Positions 9,598 to 20,525 of a DNA stretch of 64,000 nt are shown one piece after another (the first letter of the stretch is position 1; every line of letters starts with the position of its first letter). Position numbers and translations under genes: made by a program. The notes beneath the pieces were generated by a model. It was not told the DNA's origin. It did no database searches and saw only the letters and a program-made list of their open reading frames with translations. This DNA is from Thermodesulfobacteriota bacterium (GTDB taxonomy: Bacteria > Desulfobacterota > Desulfarculia > JACQYL01): positions 2,816,001-2,880,000 of the forward strand of contig CAXXLZ010000002.1 in the NCBI GenBank assembly GCA_963675595.2. The letters run 5' to 3'.

Positions 9598-10076
9598 GGG
9601 GATATCTTTCCTTATGAATGACCTCAATTCCATGTGAGGGGAACGTTCCAAATTCGATTTCCGCCCCTTTGGAGGAATTCCCGCCTAAGCTTGGGGCGAG
9701 TGAGGAAACGGACTATGGAGGTGTCGCGGTGCTTCTCTTAAGATACGACGCCCCTAACAGATTAACAGAACAGACCCCAAGTTCAAGTCATTTCCCCTCG
9801 GAACGCTTTTGAAAAACCCATTGATTCATGTTAGGCTTCGGCTCGTTGCGGATCGAAGAGCGACGAGGCTTAAGAGCGGTTCGCCGAGCTTTCCACAAAG
9901 CCCTCCGGCCCGGTTTTATCCGAAAAAACGAGCGGTCTTCCGTCAATCGGGGGCTTCTCCATCTCTTCCGCCGGGAGCTCATAAATTCATACCCGCTTCC
10001 GAGTCGTCGGGTTCTGAACGGAATCAGCCCGAGCCCGTCGCGACGAATCCTCACCTCCTGCCGAGGGGACCTCCTC

Positions 10077-11288
10077 ATGGAGATCAAACCGACTTCCTAT
10101 ATTGAACGCCAGATGGGCGGCATGGACTATTTTCTTCTCTGGTTCGGCGCTTCCATTTCCATAGCCGAAATCTATGCCGGCAGTATTCTCGCCTCTCTGG
10201 GTTGGGTCATGGGGATGGCAGCGGTTCTCCTGGGACACCTCATCGGCAACCTTCCCCTCGCCTTGGGCGCCCTGGTCGGCAGTGAGCGCGGGTTGCCCAC
10301 CATGTATCTATTGAGGCCCACTTTCGGAAGGCACGGCTCATATCTGGCGTCCGTGTTGAACATCCTGCAATTGGTCGGCTGGACGGCGATCATGCTGCTG
10401 ATCTGTGAAAAAGCCGTTCGGGCCCTGCTGCCCGACCTCACCCTGGGGTACGCCAAATTGTTCATCGTGGTTCCCGGAATCGTTTGTACGATTTGGGCGC
10501 TATTGGGAAAGTCGTCTTTCAAATGGCTTCAGCGTCTCTCCATCATCACCCTGAGCACCCTGTGTCTCGGGATGACTCTCATGCTCTTTCTCAAACACGG
10601 AGAATTGGGCATTCAGAAGATGGGTGCCGACGGCGGGTTGTCTTTTGGAGTGGGTCTTGATCTCTGCATCGCCATGCCCATATCCTGGCTGCCGCTGGTG
10701 GCCGACTATTCCCGTTTCGCACGATCGGCCAAGGGAGGCTTCTTCGGCACCTACCTCGGTTATTTCATCGGAAGTTCCTGGATGTTCGCGCTCGGCCTGT
10801 CCAGCGGATTGATCCTGGGCAAACCGGACCCCATCATGGCGTTCGCCTCGCTCTGGTTCGGCCTTCCCGCTTTGGTCATCGTGTTGTTCAGTACTTTCAC
10901 CACGACATTCATGGATATCTACTCCTCGGCCGTATCGGCTTTGAACCTGAACCCAAAGGTTCGGATCGAAGTCTGTACGGTGCTCTCCGGCGCCCTGGGC
11001 ATCCTGGTGGCCCTGGTCTTCCCCATCGAACGCTATGAGTCGTTTCTGCTTCTGATCGGGTCCTTCTTTATTCCGCTTTTCGGCATTGCCTTGACCCATT
11101 ATTTTTTCCTTGACTACGAAGCGGTTCCCAAACGAAAGGCGGATTGGGGCGCTTTGGCGGTTTGGCTTGCGGGCGTCGGTCTCTACCAGGGTTGCCTGCG
11201 CGCCGACCTTGTGGTTGGAGCCTCCCTGCCCGCGCTTTTGGGCTCAGGACTACTTTTTTTTATCATGAAAAGATTTTTTGGAAGATAA
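10077..11288 (+). CDS. cytX: NCS1 family permease, putative hydroxymethylpyrimidine transporter CytX
   Basis: LWFGASISIAEI, AMPISWLPLVADYSRF, STFTTTFMDIYS; multi-TM; near thiD. Confidence 0.85.
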   Translation: MEIKPTSYIERQMGGMDYFLLWFGASISIAEIYAGSILASLGWVMGMAAVLLGHLIGNLPLALGALVGSERGLPTMYLLRPTFGRHGSYLASVLNILQLVGWTAIMLLICEKAVRALLPDLTLGYAKLFIVVPGIVCTIWALLGKSSFKWLQRLSIITLSTLCLGMTLMLFLKHGELGIQKMGADGGLSFGVGLDLCIAMPISWLPLVADYSRFARSAKGGFFGTYLGYFIGSSWMFALGLSSGLILGKPDPIMAFASLWFGLPALVIVLFSTFTTTFMDIYSSAVSALNLNPKVRIEVCTVLSGALGILVALVFPIERYESFLLLIGSFFIPLFGIALTHYFFLDYEAVPKRKADWGALAVWLAGVGLYQGCLRADLVVGASLPALLGSGLLFFIMKRFFGR

Positions 11289-11295
11289 TAAGAAT

Positions 11296-12297
11296 ATGAC
11301 CAGCGAGCGAAAGAAATGGTTGCAGCCTATTGGTTGGATCAAGCAAGGAATCCATTACCTTTCAGGTGTGCGAAGCAAATTCTTCGGAATCAAGACGATC
11401 GCGCTCGTGGGCGAAAGCGGCACGGGTAAGAGCTTTCACGCCCAGTCCATCGCCTCCTTGCTTAATTGTTCCTACATCATAGACGACGGATTGCTGATTC
11501 ACGGACAGCAGATTCTCGCCGGCAAGACGTCGAAGAACGAAGTTTCGCCGCTCAAGGCCATCCGACGCGCCATTTTCACCGACGACAAGCACATGCAGGC
11601 GGTTCGAGATACGATCCGCAGCCGCCACGCCGATCGGATCATGATTATCGGTACGTCGGAAAAGATGGTTCGCCTGATCTGCGAACGTTTGGGGCTACCT
11701 CAACCCTCACGCACGGTTTACATACACGAATTCGCCCAACCGGAAGACCTGATGGCGGCCCGTCGAAGCCGGGACATGGAAGGCAAACACGTGATCCCCG
11801 CACCTCAGGTCGAAGTGAAGAAGGTGTTCTCTCACGCCATCGTGGCCTCCGTGTCCCAGCTGATCGCCTCGTACCGACTCCACCGGCACCCTCCTCAAAC
11901 CATCGAAAAATCGGTGGTTCGCCCGGGGTACCAGATGGGCAGGCTGACCATTTCCGAATCCGCCCTCGCCTCTCTCGTCAAAGTCGTCATCGAACGACAC
12001 GACCCCGGAGTGGAGGTTCATCAGGTCCGAGTTCAGCTCAGCGACGGGCACATGCATGTTTACGGCGAGGTCGCCGTGGCGCTGGGCGACAATCTGCCCC
12101 AATCTTTGGGGCAGGCCCAGCAGGAAGTCTACAGCCAAGTGCGACAGTTCACCGGAATGCATGTGGAACGCGTGGATTTGAACGTGGTGGATATCCACCC
12201 GCCGATGGAGCTCGAAGCCGGCACGTCCGGCTGGAAGGCCCGACTGAAGAAAAAGAAGAAGGATAAGAAAAAAGAGCCGGAAGAGGAAGAAGGCTGA
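11296..12297 (+). CDS. P-loop NTPase with C-terminal Asp23/Gls24-like domain
   Basis: GESGTGKS Walker A, YIIDDGLLI, GKHVIPAP, EKSVVRP, GRLTISE...QFTGMHVERVDLNV. Confidence 0.7.
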   Translation: MTSERKKWLQPIGWIKQGIHYLSGVRSKFFGIKTIALVGESGTGKSFHAQSIASLLNCSYIIDDGLLIHGQQILAGKTSKNEVSPLKAIRRAIFTDDKHMQAVRDTIRSRHADRIMIIGTSEKMVRLICERLGLPQPSRTVYIHEFAQPEDLMAARRSRDMEGKHVIPAPQVEVKKVFSHAIVASVSQLIASYRLHRHPPQTIEKSVVRPGYQMGRLTISESALASLVKVVIERHDPGVEVHQVRVQLSDGHMHVYGEVAVALGDNLPQSLGQAQQEVYSQVRQFTGMHVERVDLNVVDIHPPMELEAGTSGWKARLKKKKKDKKKEPEEEEG

Positions 12298-12344
12298 CAA
12301 CGCCCGCAGGCGCAGGTCCACTTGGTGGGAAGTCGCTTTGAGCC

Positions 12345-13751
12345 TTATTGTTTGTAGGTTTCTTTCGACAACCTGTAGAGCTTCATCTTGTTGTAAAGGG
12401 TCTTCTCGTCGATCCCCGCTCTTTCCGAGGTCCGGCGTATGTTGCCCGAGAACTCCTTGAGCAACGCCGCGAGGTACGCGGTTTCCAATTCCTGAACAAG
12501 CCGGTCCCTCAGCTCCCTCAAGGGGGCCTTGGTGTCCAACTGCCAATCCCCCGCCATGCCGCTCTGATACGAAGGCAGCTCCACGTCCGTGATTTCAGAC
12601 CCTCTGGTCATGATCACGGCCCGTTCTACGATGTTTTCCAGTTCCCGAACGTTTCCCGGCCAGAAATATCCCTCAAGTTTGTGCAGAACCTCGTCGCTGA
12701 TGGCATCCACCGGGCGTTTGAATCTCTCGGCATACTTCGCCAGAAAGTGATTCGCCAGCAGTGGAATGTCTTCTTTCCGCTCTCTCAAGGGCGGCAGAAT
12801 GATGGGGATGACGTTGAGTCGATAGTACAGGTCCTGACGGAAACGCCCTTCCTGCATTTCCTTTTCCATATCGCGATTGGTGGCGGAGATGATCCGGACA
12901 TCCACTTCGGTTAGTCTCTCACCGCCGACCCGCTCGAACGCCTTCTCCTGGATAACCCGAAGGAGCTTCTGCTGTACGGCGTGACTGGTGTTCCCGATCT
13001 CGTCCAGAAAGAGGGTCCCGCCGTGAGCCCGCTCGAACCGGCCGTGCTTCCTCGAAACCGCCCCGGTGAAGGCTCCCTTTTCGTGACCGAACAGCTCGCT
13101 CTCCAGCAGTGTTTCCGGCACGGCGGCGCAGTCCAGAGCGACGAAAGGCCCTTCTTTTCTCACGCTGTTGAAATGAATGGTTCTGGCCAGTTGCTCCTTG
13201 CCGGTACCCGTCTCTCCGGTAATGAGCACGGAAGAGTCCACATCCTGGATGGTACGAACCAACTGGAAGATCTTCTGCATGGCGGGACTCCGCCCGATCA
13301 TGCCGGAAAAAGACACGTAACGGTCTTCCAACAGGCCCTGCAATTCCTGATAACGAGCCGCGAGAGAAGCGTTTTCCGAACGAAGGGCGAGAGTCTCCTC
13401 TATTTTTTTCAACGTAATCTTGATATGCGGGAAATTGAGGGGCTTGAGAAAGAAGTCATAAGCGCCGGCCTTCATCACTTCGACGGCGGATTCAACCGTA
13501 CCGTAAGCCGTGATGACCAGCACTTCGGTTTCCGGATGCCCCGCTTTGACCTGTTTCACGACCTCCGCTCCGGACAGGCCCGGCATCATCAGGTCGGTTA
13601 CGACGATCTCGAAAGGACGCTCTTTGAGAAGATCGAGACCCTCCTGTCCGCTTGAGGCTGTTTCCACCGTATAGCCCCATTTTGAGAGCCTCATGCGCAT
13701 CAATTCCAGGATGAAGTGCTCATCGTCGATGACAAGAATGCTTAGAGACAC
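12345..13751 (-). CDS. sigma-54-dependent response regulator (NtrC/AtoC/ZraR family)
   Basis: REC (IDDE, TDLMMPG), [24 protein letters not shown], Fis-type HTH. Confidence 0.95.
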   Translation of the reverse strand: MSLSILVIDDEHFILELMRMRLSKWGYTVETASSGQEGLDLLKERPFEIVVTDLMMPGLSGAEVVKQVKAGHPETEVLVITAYGTVESAVEVMKAGAYDFFLKPLNFPHIKITLKKIEETLALRSENASLAARYQELQGLLEDRYVSFSGMIGRSPAMQKIFQLVRTIQDVDSSVLITGETGTGKEQLARTIHFNSVRKEGPFVALDCAAVPETLLESELFGHEKGAFTGAVSRKHGRFERAHGGTLFLDEIGNTSHAVQQKLLRVIQEKAFERVGGERLTEVDVRIISATNRDMEKEMQEGRFRQDLYYRLNVIPIILPPLRERKEDIPLLANHFLAKYAERFKRPVDAISDEVLHKLEGYFWPGNVRELENIVERAVIMTRGSEITDVELPSYQSGMAGDWQLDTKAPLRELRDRLVQELETAYLAALLKEFSGNIRRTSERAGIDEKTLYNKMKLYRLSKETYKQ

Positions 13752-13752
13752 C

Positions 13753-15600
13753 CTAATCCTCCTCCACCGTTTCCAGCAGCGAACGGACCAGTTCTTTCAG
13801 AGCCCCCACGGTGAACGGCTTCACCAGTTGCCGCCAATGAACCGCTTCCGGAGGTGCCGGGAGTCCGGGTTCACTGGAATCCACCATCAAAACCGTATGC
13901 TTTTTGAGATCGGGCCATGAGGCTAGAATCCGTTCACAAACGTCCGATCCGGGCGTCCCGTCCACCTCCGAATCCACCAGAACCATGGGGATCGAACCCT
14001 GTCGAATTCGTTCAAGAGCTTTGTGCAATGAATCCGTTTGCTCCAAATCGATCGCTTCGTCTCTCAAGACACTGTCCAGCCATTCGCCCAACGAGAGATC
14101 ATCGGTGACGAGAAGACATTTGACGCGACGCAACGGTTCCGTAGGCTCTCGGGGGACCGCTGCGGAATACGGCAGTTCGACCACGAAACGGCCCCCTTCG
14201 GTTGGAGGGCTGGCCAGATAGATGTGGCCCCCGTGTTCCTTCACGATACCATAGGCGATGGACAACCCCAAACCGGTTCCTTTACCCGGCGGTTTGGTCG
14301 TGAAGAAGGGATCGAAAATCTTCCTGCGATACTCTTTTTTGATCCCGGGTCCGTTGTCTTCCACTTCCATGACCGCGCATCCTTCTATGCTCTGGGTCCG
14401 CAGCCGAACCAATCCGGGACGTTCCTGCTTGTTTTCCTCCACCGCATCGAAAGCGTTGGAAAACAGGTTCAACAGCACCTGTTGCAGTTGACTGGGATCA
14501 CCGTGAATCGCCGGTAAAGTCCGATCCAAATCCGTTTCCACGCGAATGCCGCTATTCTCGATGCGCCGATCCTGAATTCCCAGGATGGTTTCAATGAGCT
14601 CGTTAAGACTGCACTCTTCCTTTTCCGGCTTCCTTTGCCGCGAAAACGTCAACAGACTTCGGACCAGATGAGCCGATCTCTTGGCTTCGTGACAGATGGC
14701 CTCAAGAGCGGAGGCCGCATCTCCGGGCAGTCCGTGTGCTTCCCGTAGAAACTCGGCGAAGCCGAGAATCGTGGTGAGAGGATTGTTCAGTTCGTGAGCC
14801 ACCCCGGCCACCAGCTTTCCAATGGAAGAAAGCTTCTCGGCCTGGAAAAGTTGTTCTTCCAGAAGCTTCTGTTCCGTCACGTCCAAGCCGATGCAAAGCA
14901 CACCCCAAGGCTTGCCCTCGAGATCCTCGAGTGTGCCGGTCCTCCAGTTCACGTCCCGCTCCTGGCCCTCTTTGGAAATAAGCGTGCATTGGAACGATTG
15001 GTCCCGACGATCCCGCTTTTGGGTGGACAACCTCTCCAAGACCATGCCCCACTGACCTTCCGGAACGAACATCTCCATCCACTCCTTGCCGATCACCTCC
15101 ACCCGATTGTAGCCGGACATGACCTCGGCCGCCCGGTTGAAGAAGATGATCCGCCCCGCCAAGTCCAAGGCTACGATGGATACTCCGGCGGTTTCGGTGA
15201 TGGAGCTGGAGGCCTCCACCTGCCGACGTAACTCATCCTGGGCATTCTTGAACTCGCTCACATCGTGAGCCACGGCCAAGAGAAGAGAAGGTTTTTCGGC
15301 CATGCTCCGGCATCTGAGAAGCGTGGGCAACACTACGCCGTTCTTGGCCAGGAGCATCACCTCCAGACCCAAAACGGACTTCCGATGAAGGGAGGAAAGG
15401 TCCTTGAAGGCCCCGGCACCATCAACAATCAACGTTTCAAACGCGATTCCGATCAATTCGTCCGGAGAACGTTCCAGCAATCCACAAGCGGCTTTATTCG
15501 CCCTCCTGACGAAGCCGTCCTCCGCCAAGATGAACGAGGGATCCGGGTAGTCGTCGAAGAGGACCTCCCAGGACACGCCGTCCCACTCTTCCGCGATCAT
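13753..15600 (-). CDS. PAS-PAS sensor histidine kinase with degenerate C-terminal receiver
   Basis: AHELNNPL H-box, DNGPGI, FFTTK, GTGLGL; abuts the response regulator. Confidence 0.92.
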   Translation of the reverse strand: MIAEEWDGVSWEVLFDDYPDPSFILAEDGFVRRANKAACGLLERSPDELIGIAFETLIVDGAGAFKDLSSLHRKSVLGLEVMLLAKNGVVLPTLLRCRSMAEKPSLLLAVAHDVSEFKNAQDELRRQVEASSSITETAGVSIVALDLAGRIIFFNRAAEVMSGYNRVEVIGKEWMEMFVPEGQWGMVLERLSTQKRDRRDQSFQCTLISKEGQERDVNWRTGTLEDLEGKPWGVLCIGLDVTEQKLLEEQLFQAEKLSSIGKLVAGVAHELNNPLTTILGFAEFLREAHGLPGDAASALEAICHEAKRSAHLVRSLLTFSRQRKPEKEECSLNELIETILGIQDRRIENSGIRVETDLDRTLPAIHGDPSQLQQVLLNLFSNAFDAVEENKQERPGLVRLRTQSIEGCAVMEVEDNGPGIKKEYRRKIFDPFFTTKPPGKGTGLGLSIAYGIVKEHGGHIYLASPPTEGGRFVVELPYSAAVPREPTEPLRRVKCLLVTDDLSLGEWLDSVLRDEAIDLEQTDSLHKALERIRQGSIPMVLVDSEVDGTPGSDVCERILASWPDLKKHTVLMVDSSEPGLPAPPEAVHWRQLVKPFTVGALKELVRSLLETVEED

Positions 15601-15656
15601 ATTTAGGCTCCGGGCAAAATGAAGAGGTCCACGATTGGATCTTCGGTAAGCCCAGG

Positions 15657-16058
15657 TCAGGTTTCCAGAGAATACTTGGGGGGTTTCTTCCTTACGGTAA
15701 AACCGATGATCCAGCCCGCCAGAAATACGGCACTGCCAATGAGAAACCAGCGCACCCTTGAGGACAGCTTCAAACGTTTGTACTGCTCCCTAAGCTCATC
15801 CATCTGCTCTTTCTGCTTGTTCAGTTTGGCTTCGAGCAGCTTGTACTTTTCCGATAACCGCCCCCCTGATTCGCTCCATTCGCCGGAACTTCCCGCCCAG
15901 GACGGTTCCACCGCTCCGGCCGGCACGCTTCCCTCCGAGGACTGCTGAACCGAAGTCCCCTCCCCTTGTTGGGCCCATGTCTGAAGGACCGATGCGGCTC
16001 CCGAGACAGCAAAAAAGACGACCAGGATAACGACCCCACGTGCCCGGCTTAACTTCAT
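15657..16058 (-). CDS. signal peptide + short coiled coil + C-terminal membrane anchor (YgiM/TIGR04211-like tail without SH3)
   Basis: Hydrophobic N-terminus; LEAKLNKQKEQMDELREQ; RWFLIGSAVFLAGWIIG followed by basic residues. Confidence 0.6.
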   Translation of the reverse strand: MKLSRARGVVILVVFFAVSGAASVLQTWAQQGEGTSVQQSSEGSVPAGAVEPSWAGSSGEWSESGGRLSEKYKLLEAKLNKQKEQMDELREQYKRLKLSSRVRWFLIGSAVFLAGWIIGFTVRKKPPKYSLET

Positions 16059-16366
16059 GAATACACGCTCCCTTGCGGTTCTTCGGAGGCGGTTGCGGCG
16101 CCCCGGGCGTTCCGGTTTTCAACGGTCCGCCGAATGGCCGGCCTCTTTAGTTCAAGGAGAAAGACCATAAATAATGTTACAATGACTGCGGTCCGACCCG
16201 AACGATTTCAAGTACACTCTATTTGTTACCATTTCTATAGAGCAATCTCCCTCGGCTTTCAAGGATTCCGACCGTCGGTTCGGGAATTCGGAACCTTAGG
16301 GGGAAGACCGGTTCACAAGGTTCTTCTTCGCCTCCCATACTCATCCCCGCCGGGAAAGGAAAGCTT

Positions 16367-16837
16367 ATGAAACTCTATCTTGCAGGTCCCATTTTCTCAG
16401 AGGCGGACCAGAATTGGCTGAGGGCCCTAAAAGAAAAGATCGAGCTTTATTGTCGGGAAAAGCGACTCGGCCTCCAGGTGGTCTGGCCCTATGAGCTCAT
16501 GGATTCGGAGACCGCCCAACGCCTCGGACCCATGGCCAAGGGTGAAATATTTCGGCTGTGCAAAGGACATCTCGAGGACACCGACGTTCTCATCGCCTGC
16601 CTGGACGGTTCGCAAGTAGACGACGGAACCGCCTGGGAAATCGGCTATTACTTCGCCCGCAAACCGGGAAACCGACATCGGATATTGGGGATCCGGACGG
16701 ACTTTCGCAGAGCCGGAGAAACGGCATTTTCCACCGTGAACCTGATGATCGAGGAATCCTGCGACGTGCTGGTCCGCACTCCCGATGAACTCTTGACATC
16801 CCTCGAAAAATTGCTGTCTCCGTCCGATACCGTTTAA
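16367..16837 (+). CDS. nucleoside 2-deoxyribosyltransferase family protein
   Basis: LYLAGPIF, DGSQVDDGTAWEIGY, RTDFR, NLMI. Confidence 0.9.
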   Translation: MKLYLAGPIFSEADQNWLRALKEKIELYCREKRLGLQVVWPYELMDSETAQRLGPMAKGEIFRLCKGHLEDTDVLIACLDGSQVDDGTAWEIGYYFARKPGNRHRILGIRTDFRRAGETAFSTVNLMIEESCDVLVRTPDELLTSLEKLLSPSDTV

Positions 16838-17030
16838 GGACATCGGAAGGTCTTTTCCCGTTCAACAAGTCGACCGCACGTCGTAACCCGCCGGCCCTTG
16901 GTTCATCCCTACCATATATCAGGCTCGACGTATATCCGTCTTGACATAGCTTAAGCCTTGCCCTATTTCTCACAAAGATATCGAAATTCATTCTTCTTAA
17001 CCATGCAGTCCGGAAAGGAGCCGGGGCCCA

Positions 17031-18599
17031 ATGGAGTTTCACAAATCGGTCCGCGTTTTCTTCCTTTTCATCTCCCTGATCTTTCTGATTCCATCGGTTG
17101 CCCTGAGCCAGACCGAGGCACTAGAGCAACTCCTTCGGATTCTCGAGGACAAGAACTTGGTCGGACCCGCGGAAGCACAAGGAATCCGCGAAACCATGTC
17201 CGAGGACCGTCGCAAACTCCTCGAACGGGAAAAGGAATTGGACGCGCGAGAACGCGCTCTGGAGGAACGGGAACACCGCCTTAAGGCTATGGAAACCTCC
17301 ACGGTTTCACCGAAGGTCGAAGAAAGCGAGCGTCCCGAAGCGCTTTCCTCCGACGGGCGCTCCTCGGAGGAGACGACGTCCGCCCTGCCTTTGGAGGCAG
17401 TCTACGATAAGGGATTCATTCTCCGGACCGAGGACCCCGACCTCTTTTCCCTCAGAATCGGAGGCCTGCTCCAGACCGACTACCGATTCTACAACTATCA
17501 AGGCGACGTCGACCCTGACGGAAACAAATTCGATATCCGGCGGGCGCGACTCATCCTGGAAAGCCGTATCTTCCAATATTTCGACTGCAAATTCGAATAT
17601 GAGTTCCAGGGAGCCGCCAGCAGGAACCTGCTCGACGCCTATGTGGACGTACACCTCGCTCCCTGGCTGTCCGTCAGGGCCGGGCAATTCAAAGAACCCT
17701 TCAGTTTGGAGCAGGTAACCAAAGACGGTTTCATTCCCTTTGCCGAGCGCTCCATGGGGTATTACCTCACGCCGCGGAGGGACGTTGGGGTCATGGCCCA
17801 CGCCTCCCTTTGGAGGGACCGCATCGGGTACGGGGTCGGTTTGTTCAACGGCGACGGACAGGATGATGTGTCGGGTGGAGACGTGGACGAACCTCAGGTT
17901 GCCGGTCGATTGGTGTTGCGGCCCTTGGCCGGTTTCGGCTTGCCCCTCCTGGAACAGCTCCAGATGGGAGGTTCCTTTACCTACGCGCGCATCGACCGAA
18001 ACAACGTAAGGGTGGACGTGCAGACCACCGGGCTCAACTCCATTTTCACCGTCACTTCCTCGGCCAAATTCAACGTGATCCTCAACGCTGGGGCCGCAAC
18101 ACGATACGGAGCGGAATTGGGCTGGGCCTACGGACCCTTCGCACTTATGGGAGAATATATCCACCTCGGCTTCACCGACCTGGAAACCAGTTCCGAAACC
18201 TTTGATGCTTCCATGGAAGACTACTATCTGGCCCTGCTTTGGATGATCACGGGTGAGAAACCCGAATTCCACGGCGGCGTGCTCGCCAACATCGAACCTG
18301 AACATCCTTTGTTCCAGGGCGGCTGGGGAGCCTTGGGGCTGGCTTTCCGATTCGATCGATTCGAGGCGGAGGAATCCGTTTACGACGATCTGGTCAACCC
18401 GGGGGATTCCATCCGCCGGGCCACGGGATTCACGCTGGCCTTGAACTGGTATCTCAACGCGTCCACCAAGCTCGTGCTGGACGCAACGCGAACCACTTTC
18501 GACCGTCCTTTGCTGGTGGGTCGAGACCCCGTTACCGGCCAATCCCTTTTCAGCGATCGAGAGGACGTGATCACCGCTCGGTTCCAGATCGGATTCTGA
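17031..18599 (+). CDS. OprO/OprP-type porin
   Basis: Signal peptide, coiled-coil N-region, IRRARL, GQFKEPFSLE, ALNWYLN, terminal RFQIGF. Confidence 0.88.
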   Translation: MEFHKSVRVFFLFISLIFLIPSVALSQTEALEQLLRILEDKNLVGPAEAQGIRETMSEDRRKLLEREKELDARERALEEREHRLKAMETSTVSPKVEESERPEALSSDGRSSEETTSALPLEAVYDKGFILRTEDPDLFSLRIGGLLQTDYRFYNYQGDVDPDGNKFDIRRARLILESRIFQYFDCKFEYEFQGAASRNLLDAYVDVHLAPWLSVRAGQFKEPFSLEQVTKDGFIPFAERSMGYYLTPRRDVGVMAHASLWRDRIGYGVGLFNGDGQDDVSGGDVDEPQVAGRLVLRPLAGFGLPLLEQLQMGGSFTYARIDRNNVRVDVQTTGLNSIFTVTSSAKFNVILNAGAATRYGAELGWAYGPFALMGEYIHLGFTDLETSSETFDASMEDYYLALLWMITGEKPEFHGGVLANIEPEHPLFQGGWGALGLAFRFDRFEAEESVYDDLVNPGDSIRRATGFTLALNWYLNASTKLVLDATRTTFDRPLLVGRDPVTGQSLFSDREDVITARFQIGF

Positions 18600-18723
18600 T
18601 GTTGAAAGGGAGACGAGAGGCGGAGATCGCCTGGAGTCCGTATTTTCACAACCAGGGAAGTCTCCCGACAAGGGGCGGACTTCTTCGGAAACCAACCCTT
18701 AATCTTACCGGAAGGAGTACATA

Positions 18724-20196
18724 ATGAAGAGAGGGGTAATCGTTGTCCTGTGTTTGCTTTCGGTCTGTTGGCTCACCGACGCGTTTTCGGCCTACCATCA
18801 TGAGGGGGAAATCGATTCCCCCCAGCTTCTTGCCGCGTATGAAGCCCTGGCCGGGACCAAGCTGGACCATTGTGCCACGTGTCACACGGGGGGAGAGTAC
18901 GTCAACAGTAAGGACCGCCTCGTGAGCCTCGGAAGCTGCCAGTGGTGTCATTACAGCTACGGGTACGAAGGCACCGGGAACATCATCGACACTTTGAACG
19001 ATTACGGCAAAGACTATCTGGTGAACGGTCGGGATGTGGATGCGGTGTCCGCCATAGCGGCCAACGATTCCGACGGAGACGGTTACTCGAACCAGGACGA
19101 GATCGCCGCGTTGACCTACCCCGGCAATGCGCAGGATTATCCCGGGCTTGTCACCGCTCCCTACAGGGTATATACCAAAGCCCAACTTGAGGCCATGCCC
19201 ACGCACACCCAGTTCCTCCTCATGAACGCCAATCGCCAAACCGACGAATACACCGAATACGCCGGCCCCACCATGCAGTTCTTGTTGGGGGACGCAGGCG
19301 CTTATCCGGAAACCACGGGCATCACCGTTTTCGCGCCGGACGGCTTCTCCAATTACTACCCCCTTGTGGAAGACGCCGATCCCGGTCTTTATCACGTGTT
19401 GGGAGAATACCCCCAGTCCATCTGGTATTACTCCGAAGAAGCGGACATCTCCTTGAACCCCGAAGACGGATGGTGCGATTACAGCGCTCCTGCGAATGCC
19501 GGACGTAACGACCTGGACCCCATTGTGGTCCCCGACGGACTTCGCATGATCCTGGCTCACACGAGAGACGGAGTCAACATGGATCCGGGTGTGTTGACCG
19601 AAGACAACAAACTGGACGGCGAAGGACCCTTCCGCGTGGTACCTCCCCAGAAAAACCCGGGACCGCCGGATCAAAGATTTACCGCGGAGAACCAGGAAGT
19701 CGGCTGGCCCTACGATGATAACGCCGATCACAACGCGGGTTCCTCCATCCGTTCCGCTACGATCATTCGCGTGGAGCCGCTTCCCGAAGGGACCACCGAT
19801 ATCGATGTCCTCGAAGCGGGATGGAATTACGTGGACGAAGGCAAGATCATCGTCTACGGCGGCATCGCCGGAGGGGACCAGTGTCCGATAGCCATGCAAA
19901 AGGCGGACGGCACCCTGGCCATGCCCTGCGTCGATCACCTGGGAACCCGCTACCAGGCTTATTTCGAACCCTACGAGAACCCCCAGGACACCGAAGGCCG
20001 GTACTGGAGAATGAGTTCGGTATACTATGCGGCGGCCGGGGCCCGGAACGAGATCTGCGCATCCACCGACGCTCAGGCCAATCTGCACATTCCCTGCATG
20101 CTACTCGACGGGACGCAACAGGAAGTCACCCTTATGTTCTATGTGAATCCCGAAGATCCGGATTCCTTGTACTGGAACATGTCGAGCGGTTCTTAG
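18724..20196 (+). CDS. secreted diheme c-type cytochrome with GEGP motif
   Basis: Signal peptide; CATCH and CQWCH; DSDGDG Ca-type loop; LDGEGPFRVVPPQ. Confidence 0.8.
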   Translation: MKRGVIVVLCLLSVCWLTDAFSAYHHEGEIDSPQLLAAYEALAGTKLDHCATCHTGGEYVNSKDRLVSLGSCQWCHYSYGYEGTGNIIDTLNDYGKDYLVNGRDVDAVSAIAANDSDGDGYSNQDEIAALTYPGNAQDYPGLVTAPYRVYTKAQLEAMPTHTQFLLMNANRQTDEYTEYAGPTMQFLLGDAGAYPETTGITVFAPDGFSNYYPLVEDADPGLYHVLGEYPQSIWYYSEEADISLNPEDGWCDYSAPANAGRNDLDPIVVPDGLRMILAHTRDGVNMDPGVLTEDNKLDGEGPFRVVPPQKNPGPPDQRFTAENQEVGWPYDDNADHNAGSSIRSATIIRVEPLPEGTTDIDVLEAGWNYVDEGKIIVYGGIAGGDQCPIAMQKADGTLAMPCVDHLGTRYQAYFEPYENPQDTEGRYWRMSSVYYAAAGARNEICASTDAQANLHIPCMLLDGTQQEVTLMFYVNPEDPDSLYWNMSSGS

Positions 20197-20525
20197 CATC
20201 GATCGAACGATCCCGCTGATCGCACGGGGAAAGCCTCATTGATTGGGGTTTTCCCCTTTATTTTCGGGCCCCCGGCATTCCGCCCGAGCCCCTGAATCGC
20301 CTTCTTCTCACGAGCTTTTCTTTCCCCTGTTTCTTTTTCCGCGTTCCTTGCCTTCCTTCACCGCTTCCAATCCGCCGCCTGCACAATGTTTCTTCCACCT
20401 GTGCGGCATTGCCCCCGACGGGGTTCCCGGTCTATAATAAGTATCGCAGTCGGACTGAAAGAACCGTCTCGCATCAATTGTCCCATATTCTTCCCCGGAT
20501 CGCACAATCGGCGAAAGTCAAGGAC

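Noticed and set aside
7540-10077. TPP riboswitch upstream of thiD or cytX
   Set aside because: No CTGAGA...ACCTGA core found in either upstream region
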